64,000 nt of DNA from Octopus bimaculoides (taxonomy: Eukaryota): the NCBI RefSeq assembly GCF_001194135.2, contig NC_068995.1, forward strand, positions 56,210,166 to 56,274,165. Direction: 5' to 3'. Position 1 is the stretch's first letter. Every line of letters starts with the position of its first letter. The position numbers and the translations under genes were made by a program. Below the pieces are notes generated by a model that did not search any database, was not told the origin of the DNA, and worked only from the letters and a program-made list of their open reading frames with translations. Positions 63,562 to 64,000 of the stretch are shown in pieces.

Positions 63562-64000
63562 CACACACACATATATGTATACCTATGAATTGTGTGTATA
63601 TGTATTCATATATGCACTCACATACATACACACATCTCTCTCCCCCCTCTCTCTCTCTATATATATATATGCATCCACACAAATTTATTTTAAGTGCTGT
63701 TTCTCTGATTTATTTATTTTTGGAGGGGTATCTTTCAAGTGCATTTAATTGAAGCCATGCATTTTTTTTATCAGAGCTAAGTATAACTTGACTGAATCAG
63801 GTTTATATTGAGTAAAGCAGAGGACTTGTGAACACATGCATTTGCACACACATGAACGTGCATACATAAATACACACACACACGCATTTTNNNNNNNNNN
63901 NNNNNNNNNNNNNNNNNNNNNNNNNNNNNNNNNNNNNNNNNNNNNNNNNNNNNNNNNNNNNNNNNNNNNNNNNNNNNNNNNNTATATATATATATATATA

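Overview
AT-rich animal genomic DNA with ten N-gaps, very dense (TA)n/(CA)n/(GA)n/(AAT)n/(GAT)n microsatellites and many short interspersed repeats. This repeat landscape looks like an Octopus (coleoid cephalopod) genome, which is an inference from recognition and not a database result. Almost all ORFs in the supplied track are microsatellite or gap artefacts. Only one protein-coding segment is confidently identifiable: a 113-nt minus-strand internal exon of WDR4 (Trm82/wuho, the m7G46 tRNA methyltransferase partner of METTL1) at 8994-9106. No other WDR4 exon was recognisable anywhere in the 64 kb. A probable terminal coding exon of an unidentified minus-strand gene lies at 61062-61310, and a candidate signal-peptide exon at 56377-56426. 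The rest is transposon debris: tRNA-derived SINEs, RTE-LINE 3' ends and their non-autonomous tails, R4/Dong-type fragments inserted in (AAT)n, a Tc1/mariner deletion derivative and TTAA-flanked piggyBac-like MITEs. There are also several striking inverted repeats and foldbacks (11535-12984, 5023-6342, 47952-48060, 52113-52241). I found no rRNA, no genuine tRNA and no CRISPR array. Repeat boundaries were read by eye and are approximate.
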